A stretch of 64,000 bases of DNA. Source: Ostrea edulis. Taxonomy: Eukaryota. The stretch covers positions 50,530,001 through 50,594,000 of the forward strand of contig NC_079172.1 in assembly GCF_947568905.1 (NCBI RefSeq), in the 5' to 3' direction. Position numbers and translations under genes: made by a program. The notes beneath the pieces were generated by a model that was not told where the DNA came from, ran no database searches, and saw nothing but the letters and a program-made list of their open reading frames with translations. This document shows positions 9,630-20,830 of this stretch, piece after piece (the stretch's first letter is position 1; each line of letters starts with the position of its first letter).

Positions 9630-11158
9630 CGCGGACTTACCTGGGTGGGTTATTGCATTTTTTTGCTTTTCCCAGTCACGTTGTTAGGTCGCTATATTGG
9701 CGGGTAGTGTCAGATGTGGGATTTTTCTTTTTTCTACTCGGGAATAGATTTGGATTTTTGTTATTAACAGGGATTTTTTTTATATTAATTACTGAATGAA
9801 TTTAGACATTCCTTGATTGTATTTTTGATACATTTTTTGTGGATTGTTTACATGTGAGATGGATATGTCTATAGATGACGTGTTATGCGGGTTGGTCTTG
9901 TGCCCTCACCCGGACAAACCTGTGGTCACACGGAATGTACCCGCGTACTCCCAGGTATCCCCAGGCTGTGGCGAACGTTATTTCACGCCGTCGTTGCCTT
10001 CCTGTTTGAGGGAGGGGGGGGGGGGTAGGTTAAGGGATGCCACAGGTGGGGAAGTGAGGTTTACTGGCATGCAGTTTAGCTCTAGGGAGGGTGACAGGTT
10101 TTCTGGCACGCAGTTTTGCTCTGAGGAAGGTTATAGCTTGGATTAGGATATACAACGTAGGTGTGACTTCCCTGGGAATTTAATGGGATTAGATTCGCCC
10201 AAGAAAGGGTCTGGACATGACACCCCAGGGTTTAGCGATTGGGATAGGTGGGAGGAGGATTTCTTGTCCCTTGGTGGGGGCTCAGTTATTCCTGATGTCC
10301 CGGTAAGGCCTACTCCAGTCAAGGGGGGTGGTCATGTACCCAGCTCTGGGAGTCTCCCGGAATATCATACCCCTGCTCTGCATTCCTACACTCCAGTGGC
10401 AAGGAGGTCAGCCCCACTCCCTCATTCATGGGTTGATGATCACGCCCTTGGCCAGCTTAGTCAGGGTTTGCCCCAGCTGGGCTTGGGTTCACGCTTGCAA
10501 CACCCCACTCCTGGACCGTATTCCACAGTTGCTCCATTTTCGGAGCCAGGGATTACTACGGAAATTGCCAGTCCCCACAGCCCAGCCAGGGCTATGATAT
10601 GCTTACAGGTTCCCCAGTCTCGCATGCCTACCCATCCCATGTGCAATACCCTTGGGTTGGGGGGAATGCCCCCCCCCCCCCCCAGCCTTTGATACCTCCC
10701 ATGCCTGGTGGTTACGCTAGCACACATATGCGCTACCCTACCATGATGACTCCTCCCTATCAACAGCAGGGGCCTTTCACTTAACCTGGTACCACGGGTT
10801 GGGGGATGAGAGGGTAGCGTAGCGCACATTCAACCCCAGTTAGGTGAACCAGAACGACACACACCATTCTCTGGGCATTCTGCCCAGGGACTAGCTCCAG
10901 CATCTCGCACCATGTACCAGGTCCCCCAGTACTCTTGTATAGGGGAGCAGTCGATGAGCTTCAGTAGAAACGCACCCCCAGTACAAGGATTTGCGGTACG
11001 ATGGAAATTCTAGCTGGAAATCCTTCCTGCACAAGTTTATTCGCCTGGTCCGCAGCCGAAAGTGGACTGAGATGGAACAACACGATCAGTTCTGCCTTTC
11101 ATTGGAGGGAAAGCAAGCGACTACTGCACCCTGTTGATGGAAACAGACCAGTCTCTCT

Positions 11159-12256
11159 TTGGCTGACATCATTGGGCGGTTTGAGAAACGTTTTGGGTCA
11201 TCGGCACCAGGTTTCACGCACCAGTTGAACTTTCAGTCAGCATCACAGGATGTGGGCGAGTCATTGCGACATTGGGCTGACAGGGTGCTTACCCTGGCTA
11301 CCCAGGCTTTCCCGTCTGTGCCGGATTCTCATGTGTATGCCATCCCACGGTTGTGCTACGGTGCTGAGGATGGAGACGCAGGACTTTATGCCCTGGATGG
11401 CCAGCCCAAGACAGTAGCGGAAGCAGTCGACCGAATGCAGAAATATCAGCATTCACGACAGATGAAGTCATCCAATCCCATGAGGGATGTGAGGCAGGTA
11501 GCTCAGGTTGAAGCTCTCAATCCTGACAAGGAGGTCAAGGAGATGCGTCAGCGCCTTGAGGAGCTAGAGAAGGAAATCCGAGGGCGGACCCTCTCTCTGA
11601 GACCTTCATCACCATCATCAAACGGCAAGCGACAGCCAGCAGGCTGCTTCAAATGTGCGGCCATGGGACATTTTAAGTGGGAATGCCCGGAATGGCGGGG
11701 GAAAACTGAGGCGAACCAGGGCCAGGGGACCAAGGTCAAGCCCAGGGACGGTCAAGACACACAACCGCGTTCATCAGAACCAAGGGGGCGGGGAGCCAAG
11801 ACCCACCAGCCACAGTTTAGTAGTGGAGGACCTACGCAGCGGGAAGTCAGAATGTTGACTCCAGAGCGCTCCCCAGTTAGGCCGGGGCCGTGCGATGATC
11901 GCACGGGGACAAGTCGGTTTGCAGGAGGACACAGGCAGGAGCCCTCCTGCATGCGCCGCTCCAGTAGGGGCACACTCCAAGTGAGGTTCAGGGAGGCACC
12001 CGAGGAGGAATCCGAGGACTGGGTAATAGGCTGGGAGGAGGACATGTACGAACCCTCTCCCAGGGAGATGTCCCCAGGATTCAGGCTCCCTGCGGATATC
12101 ATGGTGCCGGAACTGCCGGGATTTGGAGCAGTGAACCAGGGGAATAGGGAGGACTTTCCACAGAATTCGGAGGACTTGTCGGATCTGGAGCCCTCGCCTG
12201 TTCAGGAAGAGGAGGCCTGCGTGGATTTCGCGCCCAAGCCTAGTGAGTGCCCGTAG
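11159..12256 (+). CDS. Gag (capsid-like region plus CCHC zinc knuckle)
   Basis: QDVGESLRHWADRVLTLATQAFP capsid-like segment; CFKCAAMGHFKWEC = C-X2-C-X4-H-X4-C. Confidence 0.88.
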   Translation: MADIIGRFEKRFGSSAPGFTHQLNFQSASQDVGESLRHWADRVLTLATQAFPSVPDSHVYAIPRLCYGAEDGDAGLYALDGQPKTVAEAVDRMQKYQHSRQMKSSNPMRDVRQVAQVEALNPDKEVKEMRQRLEELEKEIRGRTLSLRPSSPSSNGKRQPAGCFKCAAMGHFKWECPEWRGKTEANQGQGTKVKPRDGQDTQPRSSEPRGRGAKTHQPQFSSGGPTQREVRMLTPERSPVRPGPCDDRTGTSRFAGGHRQEPSCMRRSSRGTLQVRFREAPEEESEDWVIGWEEDMYEPSPREMSPGFRLPADIMVPELPGFGAVNQGNREDFPQNSEDLSDLEPSPVQEEEACVDFAPKPSECP

Positions 12257-12262
12257 CCAGTT

Positions 12263-13507
12263 ATGGCACAGGATCAGCCCAAGGAGGAATGTGGGCTGGG
12301 GGTGGTCAGCGGCCGAGCCGAGAGCGGAACAGTGGACATGCCATTCCGGCATGCGGGAGAATCCCGTGAAGAATCGCCTGTGTCAATAGGGCAGATACGC
12401 CCAACCACCGGACTCATGGTTGAAATGGTAGTCCAGGGAGTGAGACTACAGGCAGTGGTTGACGCTGGGGCAGAGATGAGTGTGTTGTCCACCCGGGTCT
12501 ACGAGGAGCTTGACTCCAAGCCTCTCATCAAACAGCACGTGACCTTGGTTCAGGCAGGGGGAAATTCCAGGATGAGGGGCTTCATCATTGGCCCTGTGGA
12601 AGTCCGCCTTGGAGACACATAATATAATGTTGATCTGTATGCGTGCCCCCTGCAGGACGATATGTTGCTAGGCATGGGTTTTCTCCATCAGCAGAAGGCT
12701 CATTTAGACCTGGAGCATGTCACCATGACCTTGGGAGAGGAGAAGGTCCCTTTGACGTTCCGCCGCCCAGGAGGGGTACAGCAGGCCCAAGTTTCAGTAA
12801 CGAAGTATATCTGGGTCCCAGTTGCTTCAGTCGTCCTATGCCCTTGTCCTTTGGATAAGGAGTTGGAAGACTTTGTAGTCAGCCCTCAGATCAAGCAGAT
12901 CTCGGACGTCTTATTGGTGCCGCACACTTCTGCTAGGGAGAGAACGTTGTTGACCAGCATTGTCAATACCTCAGATGAGGAAGTGTCTATCTCCGGAGGC
13001 AGTGCGATAGGATCAGCATTGGAGGCCGAACCATGGGTGCTGGCACCTGACTTGGTCATTGAGAACGTGTACAGTGTGGACCCCCACACTGAGGCAGGGA
13101 CTAAGCTTAGCACATTTACAGCAAGAGTTGATGTTGCTCCCGTAGCTTGCCCTGGAACTTGGTCGAATTCCAAGGAGGCCACATTAGATGGTGGGGGAGA
13201 TTTCCCTCTGGAGCCGACTAACATTGCTGAGGAAATCAGTGTGGTTGAATCCCCAGCTGTTGGCCTTACTCGATGTGCGCTTGGCGAAGGTGTTCCGGAT
13301 GGTTACAGTGGCCCTGTTAGCGATGCGTCATGGAACTATGTCTCCCGAGAACTTCTCGGGTTCCCAGGTTGGACTCGTGGGGCGAAGTTTTACCTCAAAA
13401 TGGATCTTGTGGGACATGGCCCTTTCAGAACCGGAGTCCGTCAATTCAGAGGTATCAGGTTGCCTTGGCCCCCACCTGGATTTAGAGCTGTTGGGAGGAT
13501 TTATTGA
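12263..13507 (+). pseudogene. Retropepsin-like protease plus linker, in frame with gag, with internal stop at 12620-12622
   Basis: LQAVVDAGAEMSVLS active-site-like motif and DMLLGMGFL flap motif. ORFs 11159, 12263 and 12662 share one frame. Confidence 0.85.
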
Positions 13508-13901
13508 TCCTTTTCAGCTAGGGGTGTGCGACCCAGGGCTCGCCCTGACCCACACCGGTTGGGAGTAGATTAGTCCCAGTCAGTTTTCTTCGGGGCATTT
13601 ATCCGGAGCTTTCCTACCAGAACCCTTTCCGGCGTCCTCGGACAGTTCCTCCGAGGGGGCGTGTCGCGCCCACCTTGACCATTGGTTGGACCTGTTTCTC
13701 CGTCCTTCAGAGAAAATGGGGGGGGGGGGGGTTAGTATCTGGGGTCTTCCCCAGTACGACTTGTGTATTCCCCGAATTGCAGAGGAGCAACTTCCGGCAG
13801 CACAAGGAGATTTCCCGCGGTTATGGTACATGCCAGACGCACAGCAGGACCTACCCGAAGTTAGAGACCGACAACAGGCAGATAAGTTAAGTCCGTGGGA
13901 C

Positions 13902-16688
13902 TTGTTTCTGTAAATGACTTATGACATCTGTATACTAATAACAACACAAGGTACATAGCTTCAAATGACACAGAATGGCACCCCCTGAGAATGTCGGCCT
14001 TTTGAGTTTCCGGGGAATATGCTATGTAAATGCACTTAGTACCGTTCTCTTGTACAATCATTCAACTAAAAAAACCATGTATGGCATGACTGCATTTATT
14101 GCCTATTATCTCCGAAAACTGCAACAAATCATGGGTCTACAGCTCGATTTTCCGTTTTATACCACGAAGTGCTATGTACTGATACCGCACAGAATGAAAA
14201 ATTATATATTTGTTGTGTTGAAAAATAAAGTCTCATTGTTTTATTATCACAATAAATTGATACGATGTTTATTACCAAAAAATCTTGAAAATATTGCTTT
14301 GTTAACAAATTAAAAATTTTGAATTGAAGACGCTGTACGCTATTTTTAGTTACTCAAAAAAAAACCCCAAAGCTGTTCGTACGTTTCGGGATTTTACATG
14401 TCATCAGAAGACATAAGCTAAGAATTCCCGAGTGGAGATTTAAAAAATATTTTCATGTCGGAATCATGAAGATAATAATGAAATTATGACTTACTGTAAA
14501 TAAAACTTCGTTAACAAGTATGAGAAATATTTCTGCCAATTGCATGTTTCATGCAGATCTATGAAAAATCAAGGAAAATACAGATAAAAGATTATTTGGA
14601 AGTATGCAAAAATAGAGCAAGGAAAGTTTTTTAGTGATGTGTTATTGTGGTACATGTGTGTATTGATGTGACAAGTAACTGTTGTTACATTGAAGTTTTA
14701 TGAAACCCACCATAAGTACCAAGAACGCTGCAGGCATATATCAATGTTTTTCGGAGGCGACTGGCCAACCTTTTTAATACGGGACTTTCGAGATACGGAT
14801 CCACTCTGACTTTTATCGCGCGTTGAACGTAATTTGTAGGGCATGTCACTTCCGGATTACAATAACAACTACATGCAAGTAAACAAGCATGGAATACTTC
14901 ATTTACTAATATGTTTTACGGCGTGACCGTGTTTGAGGGCGAAGCAAACAAGTTTTGGCATTAGTATCTATATCCAAAACAGAACAAAAACAATCCGAAG
15001 TTAGCACGAGGACGGAACTGTATCAAAGCATCCTAATTTTGGATATTTGATCCGCCTATATATTGAACGCGGGAAATATAACGCAATTGATGTAAACAGT
15101 ACATTGTGACGTCACATTCAGCGTCGTATTTTAGCAAATTTACAAACATAGCGTCTGAACCACAACAACAAACATGGCGTTAATGGTGGAGTGATTATAT
15201 ATGATTAAGAAAATAAGATTTACATGCTTTTACGAATTTTTGTAACATCTCAGAACGACGTGAACTAGGGTAGACGAGATTCAAAATGGAGAAATACATG
15301 TCCACGCGATAGTATTCGAATCGACGCCATTAGTACCAAACTTTTCAAGTTCCATAGGTATGGTTTAATTTTTCATTGTTTTCCTATATTTTCCTTTTAA
15401 ACATATATATACGTGTTACCTATAGGGAGAGCTCCGCTCTCACGGCCCTTCGGGCCGTGAGAGGGCTTCGCCCTCTATCAAATTCCTGCATTTAAATGCT
15501 ATCTTTGAAAGTAAGGAATCACTACAACCATTTTATCGGAAAATGCATTTGATTAAATAATGCGAGTTGGCGAGGGAAATAAATATAGGGAATATCTTGA
15601 GGATGTCGGTAAAACTTCACGCCTTGCATCCAGTCATACGCGTCTATACACGCCTTTCCCCTTCCATCTAACTTACTCCCAGGTACTAAGCACCAATAGT
15701 GACTTGGATCGTCATCGTAGGACAGTGCTTAGCTCTTTACGGGCTGTCCGCTAGCGAAACACCATTTGTATCAATGTCAACTTTGCCCTACAATTGGTTA
15801 TTATCACGTGACCGTGATGTATAAACGTCAAATATAATCGGTCGTTCCGGCACATCCCGAAAGTTCCGTATTGCCAATGAACATTAACTGTTATTTTCAT
15901 TAAATAAATCATTAAATAATCTCGATTTATGTAATCGTGAACATGCTTTTTGTAAGCCTTATACTTGCCTTATACTGTTTATAATAAGTATATTTTATTA
16001 TACCAGTCCAGTAGTTCTAAGGTCAATCTTTAAAGCTTGTGGAAAGCGTGAAACGACTTCATCAATCGAAATTGGGATGAGAGAGACAAGGAATCCACAC
16101 ATTTTGGAGGAATTGTCACCGCAAAAAAAATAATTTAAAAATCAGAAAGGGGGGGGGGGGGTATAGTGGTATAGGCCTATATATCAGGTGTCTGTGGAAA
16201 AAAATATTGGGGAATGGAGTCCCCTTTATTTTTTGTAGCATTTCCCCCATAATTTTAGTAACTAAATTATATAAGATAAGATCAATTGTGGTTTAATAAT
16301 GGTCACCATTCAAATCATCCCTTTTAAAGAATTCCAAACGTAATTTTAGAAGAGTGTGCTAGCCAGTCAAAATTGCTCACGTATTCTGCGCAGTATCAGT
16401 ACATGTATAGCACTTCGTGTTATAAAACGGAAAATCGAGCTGTAGAACCATGTTTTGTTGCAGTTTTCGGCGATAAGAGGCAATGAATGCAGTCATGTCA
16501 TACATGGTTTTTAAGTTGAATGATTGTACAGTACAACGGTAGTAAATGCATTTGCATCGCATATTCCATGGAAGCTCAAAAGGCCGACATTCACAGAGGG
16601 GGCCATTCTGTGTCATTTGAAGCTAGGTACCTTGTGTTGTTATTAGTATACAGATGTCATAAGTCATTTACAGAAACAAGTGCCTGTG
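13902..16688. mobile_element. Non-autonomous DNA transposon with ~300-bp TIRs
   Basis: 13902-~14205 is the reverse complement of ~16380-16679. CGTGGGAC occurs at 13894-13901 and 16689-16696 (8-bp TSD). No transposase ORF. Confidence 0.85.
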
Positions 16689-17029
16689 CGTGGGACCCAT
16701 GTTTTATGTACATACACTGTAATAAATACTACAGATTACTTTAGATATAATCCCCGTGAACAATGGGTATGATAATTCTGATAACAGCTTTTTTGGTGTA
16801 CTTATCGACGAACATGTCTTCTAGGTGACCAAGAGCAAAAATGACTTATAGACCTTATGAAATTACAATATGCCATAATTCACAAATTTCGAGGTTTCAA
16901 CCCAATAGGAGTTCATTTCATCATTGTTATATCGGGGGGATTATCGTAGGTATCGTGCCTTCTGGATGTACACGGCATTTCAAAACGTGATAAGAGATTT
17001 CGGTTACATCCCTGACTCTTGTTGCGCCC

Positions 17030-17125
17030 GTGAGATACATTTTATTAAGATGATTACGATATGAGATACATTTTATTAGGATGATTACGATATGAGATAC
17101 ATTTTATTAGGATGATTACGATATA
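17030..17125. repeat. ~31-bp tandem repeat (GAGATACATTTTATTAGGATGATTACGATAT) x3
   Basis: Directly visible. Confidence 0.8.
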
Positions 17126-17938
17126 ATTTAAGTCTGATATCACTTAAAAGTGATAGAAATTCTCTTTTGTTTATTACCTGGATGTCATTAGATGTACAGA
17201 CGGGAAATGCTTTTCGCACGATAATTTCAGAATCCGTATGATAGAGAAGGATATTTTCCGGATTTAGGAATGACACGTCGACACGTCAATAGTTTTAGAA
17301 ATAAAACTTTATAAATAAAATGCTTTGATTACCTTAAAAATCATAGATAAATTAACAAGTTATCTATGAATTATTCTAGTAAGTCAGAAGATCTCACTTT
17401 ATTGAGAAAAGCATGGTTTAGGAGTTTTATGTACAGTACATGACGTAATGAGCTGCACCATTGCGTCAAGATATAAAACTTAAAAAGCCTCGAATCATAG
17501 TCCGCGGCGACAGAGTTCTGCATTATATTCCATTACGAAGAAGTTTGGCACCGACCAGGCCCGTAGGAAGCAATTTCACTTGGGGGGGGGGGGGGGGCAC
17601 CAAAGTAATTTACGACAAAAAAGTGATATCGACAAAACCATTAGTAAAAAGATAACTGCATAAATATGTGCAAGCATTGAGGTGTACGTCATGTACATAA
17701 ATCTAATTATGTACATAGAATCTAATTAGTTTCCCAGAAAACTCCTCAACTTTAATTTTAAGTTTTGATTGGGTTTTAAGGATTTTTTTTTATTTTTTTT
17801 TTTTTTTTTTTTTTATCTTTATCATTTTGTTATCAATCATTTCTGAGTCATAAGGTATTTAGTACTCGGTAAACTTTCCAAAAATCGCCAGTCTGTGTTC
17901 ACTTTCACTTACGAACTCCTCAACTATTTTTTCTGGAT

Positions 17939-19917
17939 TCAGTTCATCAGTCTCATTTTATGAACATGCAATAAAAGCAAATTGTTTGTTCGTATTTGGC
18001 TCATTGTTAATCTCAGTGATGTTTTCAATCTTTTCAAGGCGCTGAATGAGCGCTCATTGGTAGCGTTAGTTGCAGCAAGTACGAAAATTAGTTTGAGAAT
18101 TTTGAGGATCTCGGCAAACAGACTTTTTTCATTTGAATGTCTGAAAAATTCAACCACACTTGGTACATCTGGCGTAAAGTCTTTTGGCAAAACAGTATTT
18201 AACATTATACGCTGGCAGTGAAGATCCTTTGGCTTCAAATCTGTATCATATAGGGTCGTGACAAAATTGTATTCTTCTTCAAACGTTTGACCTGTGTAAG
18301 CCTTAATTACGAGGTTTTCAAGATTAACATAAGCTTTGTAACCTGGTTGGTCAAATCTAGATTTTATGCCAGCTAAAACCAGATCTAATGCCTCGTAGAA
18401 ATCTTTCCTATACATATCTGCACACGATGAAAAAGTATGTGCTGCTGTCCCATAATCAAGTTTACGAGGAATTTTGTGTTTTCTAGGAAGAACAGGATCA
18501 TCGATGTTCATCTGTTTTGCTTTTTCAACAACTTTCTCGTAAAACTGAGTGAAGATTGTCTCATCTCGGAGACTTTGCAAAGCACTCATTGTCGTTGATG
18601 CAATTTTTTGACCATCACTCGCCGAGAGATTTGGAGCCTGCAGAGCCTTTGCCAAATTATCACTATAACGTAAAAGTTTTTCACTCAGTAAACACCCAAA
18701 GAAGAAATCAAACCTGCACATATAAGCACTCCCCTAATTCTGTTTCTCATTTCTACCTCACGCACGTATAGGAGGCTTTTATCCCAAACATTTCTTAGAA
18801 TTTCATAGTTTGACAAAATGCTCAAAAATGTGTCGGCTTTTATTGTCCATATTGTGGGACACAAAACCATTATTCCCGCTGATGTTTTCTCTAGATTTTG
18901 GGCATTTTTTAATGTATTGAAAATCATCTCCCTTCTTGGAGATTCTTTAATCAACTTTGTTATATCCTTTGCAATGTCCAGGGTATCTCTAAGCAACTTA
19001 CATCCCTTAATAGAATCACTGCAAGCTAGGTTAAGAGCATGACCATAACAGTGTATGTAAAGGGCTCTGGGTTCAAGTGCATGAATTTGTGTTGCAACAC
19101 CTGTCTTTGAACCAGCCATAGAAGCAGCCATGTCATAACACTGGCCTCATACTTTGTTGATAGGCAGATCGAACTTCAAAAGGGCATCTTTAATTGCTAG
19201 GGTTATTGAATTAGCCCCAATGTCAGAAAGACAGTATATCCCTAATAAATTTTCATGAACAGTAAAACTTTGATCAACCCATCGAATGCATAAAACAAGT
19301 TGCTCTTTGTTGGAAATATTTCGTGTTTCGTCTGCCATTATTGAAAAGAATTCAGACGATTTGATGAAAGCAACAATTTGTCGCAAAACCTGCAACCCCA
19401 TCACCTGCAAAATTTGATTTTGTATATCTGGAGCAACATACTTATTTGTCTTGCGTTGTAGCCATTCCTGAAGCTGGGGATCGCGTTTAGCCTCTAGCAT
19501 GAGAAGTTGATTAAAGTTCGAGTTTTTCTCGTCTTTGTCACCCTGAAGAGCAATTCCGTGTCGAGCAAGAAACTTCAAAATGTTTGTGATTTTAGGAAAA
19601 TTCTCTCTGTTAGACTTCTTCTCGACTTCGTGCGTCTTTGAAAGACATTCTCCAACATCTTTAACCTCCTCCTTTATCGTAAACCCCCTTACCATTGCCT
19701 CTTTATGGCAATCACTGTTCTCGTGTGCGGCGAATTTTGTGGTTGCTTTTTTCCAGTTTTTAAAACCACTTGATATGAAAGCTTTTTCTTTCTTGTGACA
19801 ACTGAGAGTCTTCTTCTGAAATGATTTTATGCAAGGAAAACAGAATACAACATCTTTGATTTCTACATAATGTAACCAAGACCACCGATCAAACCACGGG
19901 GCATTGAAAGATCTCAT
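17939..19917 (-). pseudogene. hAT transposase (ZMYM1/ZNF862-like: TTF zinc finger, DUF4371, dimerisation domain), frameshifted
   Basis: RSFNAPWFDRWSWLHY..FCFPC, FSIMADETRNISNKEQL, YIHCYGHALNLA, ATNATNERSFSALKRLKT across three overlapping ORFs. Confidence 0.93.
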
Positions 19918-20269
19918 CTTTTATCAAACTTTTTTGCTGGAAAGAAAATATTCCGTGGCTGATTTGGGGTACTACCGATCTCTTGTGTATGCCATTTTTC
20001 ATGTACAACCTGGGCCTTTTGAACTGGTATTTCTGAGATATCATCTTCTGAAGAAGAAGAATCAATAAAGGAAGCAACCTTAACATGTTTGTCTGTTTCT
20101 TTGTTTGGAGTTTCCCCCAATTTACCTGTTTCAATAGACTCCTCATTTGTGTTAGACTCCAAGAGTGGGGAACGACTATCTTGTGATTGTTTTGGTTCAA
20201 ATGAGCGATGAGGTTCAGAATCCTCAAAGGATAACCTCGAACGCTTTGAAAGAGGCTTCTCATGCTTGT

Positions 20270-20830
20270 GAATACAGGCAAAAAAAAAATGATTAGGTTT
20301 CCAACCATCTATTTTTGTAGCAATTGTTTGAGTCCACATGATGTGGATAGCATCCTGATATTCTTAGCATCAGCACGGTCAAGAGGAACAATAAGCTGAT
20401 TATGATCTTGTCTGTTTACACCAGGGTTTTGCACCTCGGGGAAAATCGACATGGTTGGTTTCTGCAAAACGTTAGAAGCCACGAACATATGTAAAAGGCT
20501 TGAATAGTAACCGTTCTGGGTTGTTTTTATTGTTTTCTTTTGTAACGAAGCAATCAAATCACCAGTAATTAAACACTCTTCTGACAGGGAACTTTCAAAG
20601 ACATATTGAAGTGAACTTTTGTTTGTGGACATGGTCACAAAAGTGTTTTCATTCGTGTAGCGCTTCAGGTTTGAAACAATTCGTACCCTCATTTCCTTAA
20701 AATTGTCCTCATGTCCAAACAAAAATAGAGAGAGTTCTGAATAAACAATTCCCATCACCATATATCTGAATCAGGATAAGCTCAGAAGGAGCATCATTTG
20801 GATAAAGCTCTGAGGAAACAGCATCTTTTC
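20270..20830 (-). pseudogene. OTU/vertnin-like cysteine protease domain upstream of the hAT transposase
   Basis: IYGDGNCLFRTLS (Cys box), then after a 1-nt shift LFGHEDNFKEMRVRIV, YSSLLHMFVASNVL, and after another shift MWT...GWKPNHF (His box). Confidence 0.8.

Larger units (their letters stand above)
9394..16743 (+). mobile_element. Non-autonomous LTR retrotransposon encoding gag and protease only; 3' LTR interrupted by a DNA transposon
   Basis: 5' LTR 9394-9610; 3' LTR 13731-13901 plus 16697-16743; PBS TGGCGCCCAAC at 9612; G-rich PPT ending ~13730; GATA direct repeat at 9390-9393 and 16744-16747; no RT/RNase H/integrase motifs. Confidence 0.85.

Noticed and set aside
10328-13831. Numerous overlapping antisense and alternative-frame ORFs in the gag-pro element
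   Set aside because: Expected by-product of locally high GC content; no recognisable motifs.
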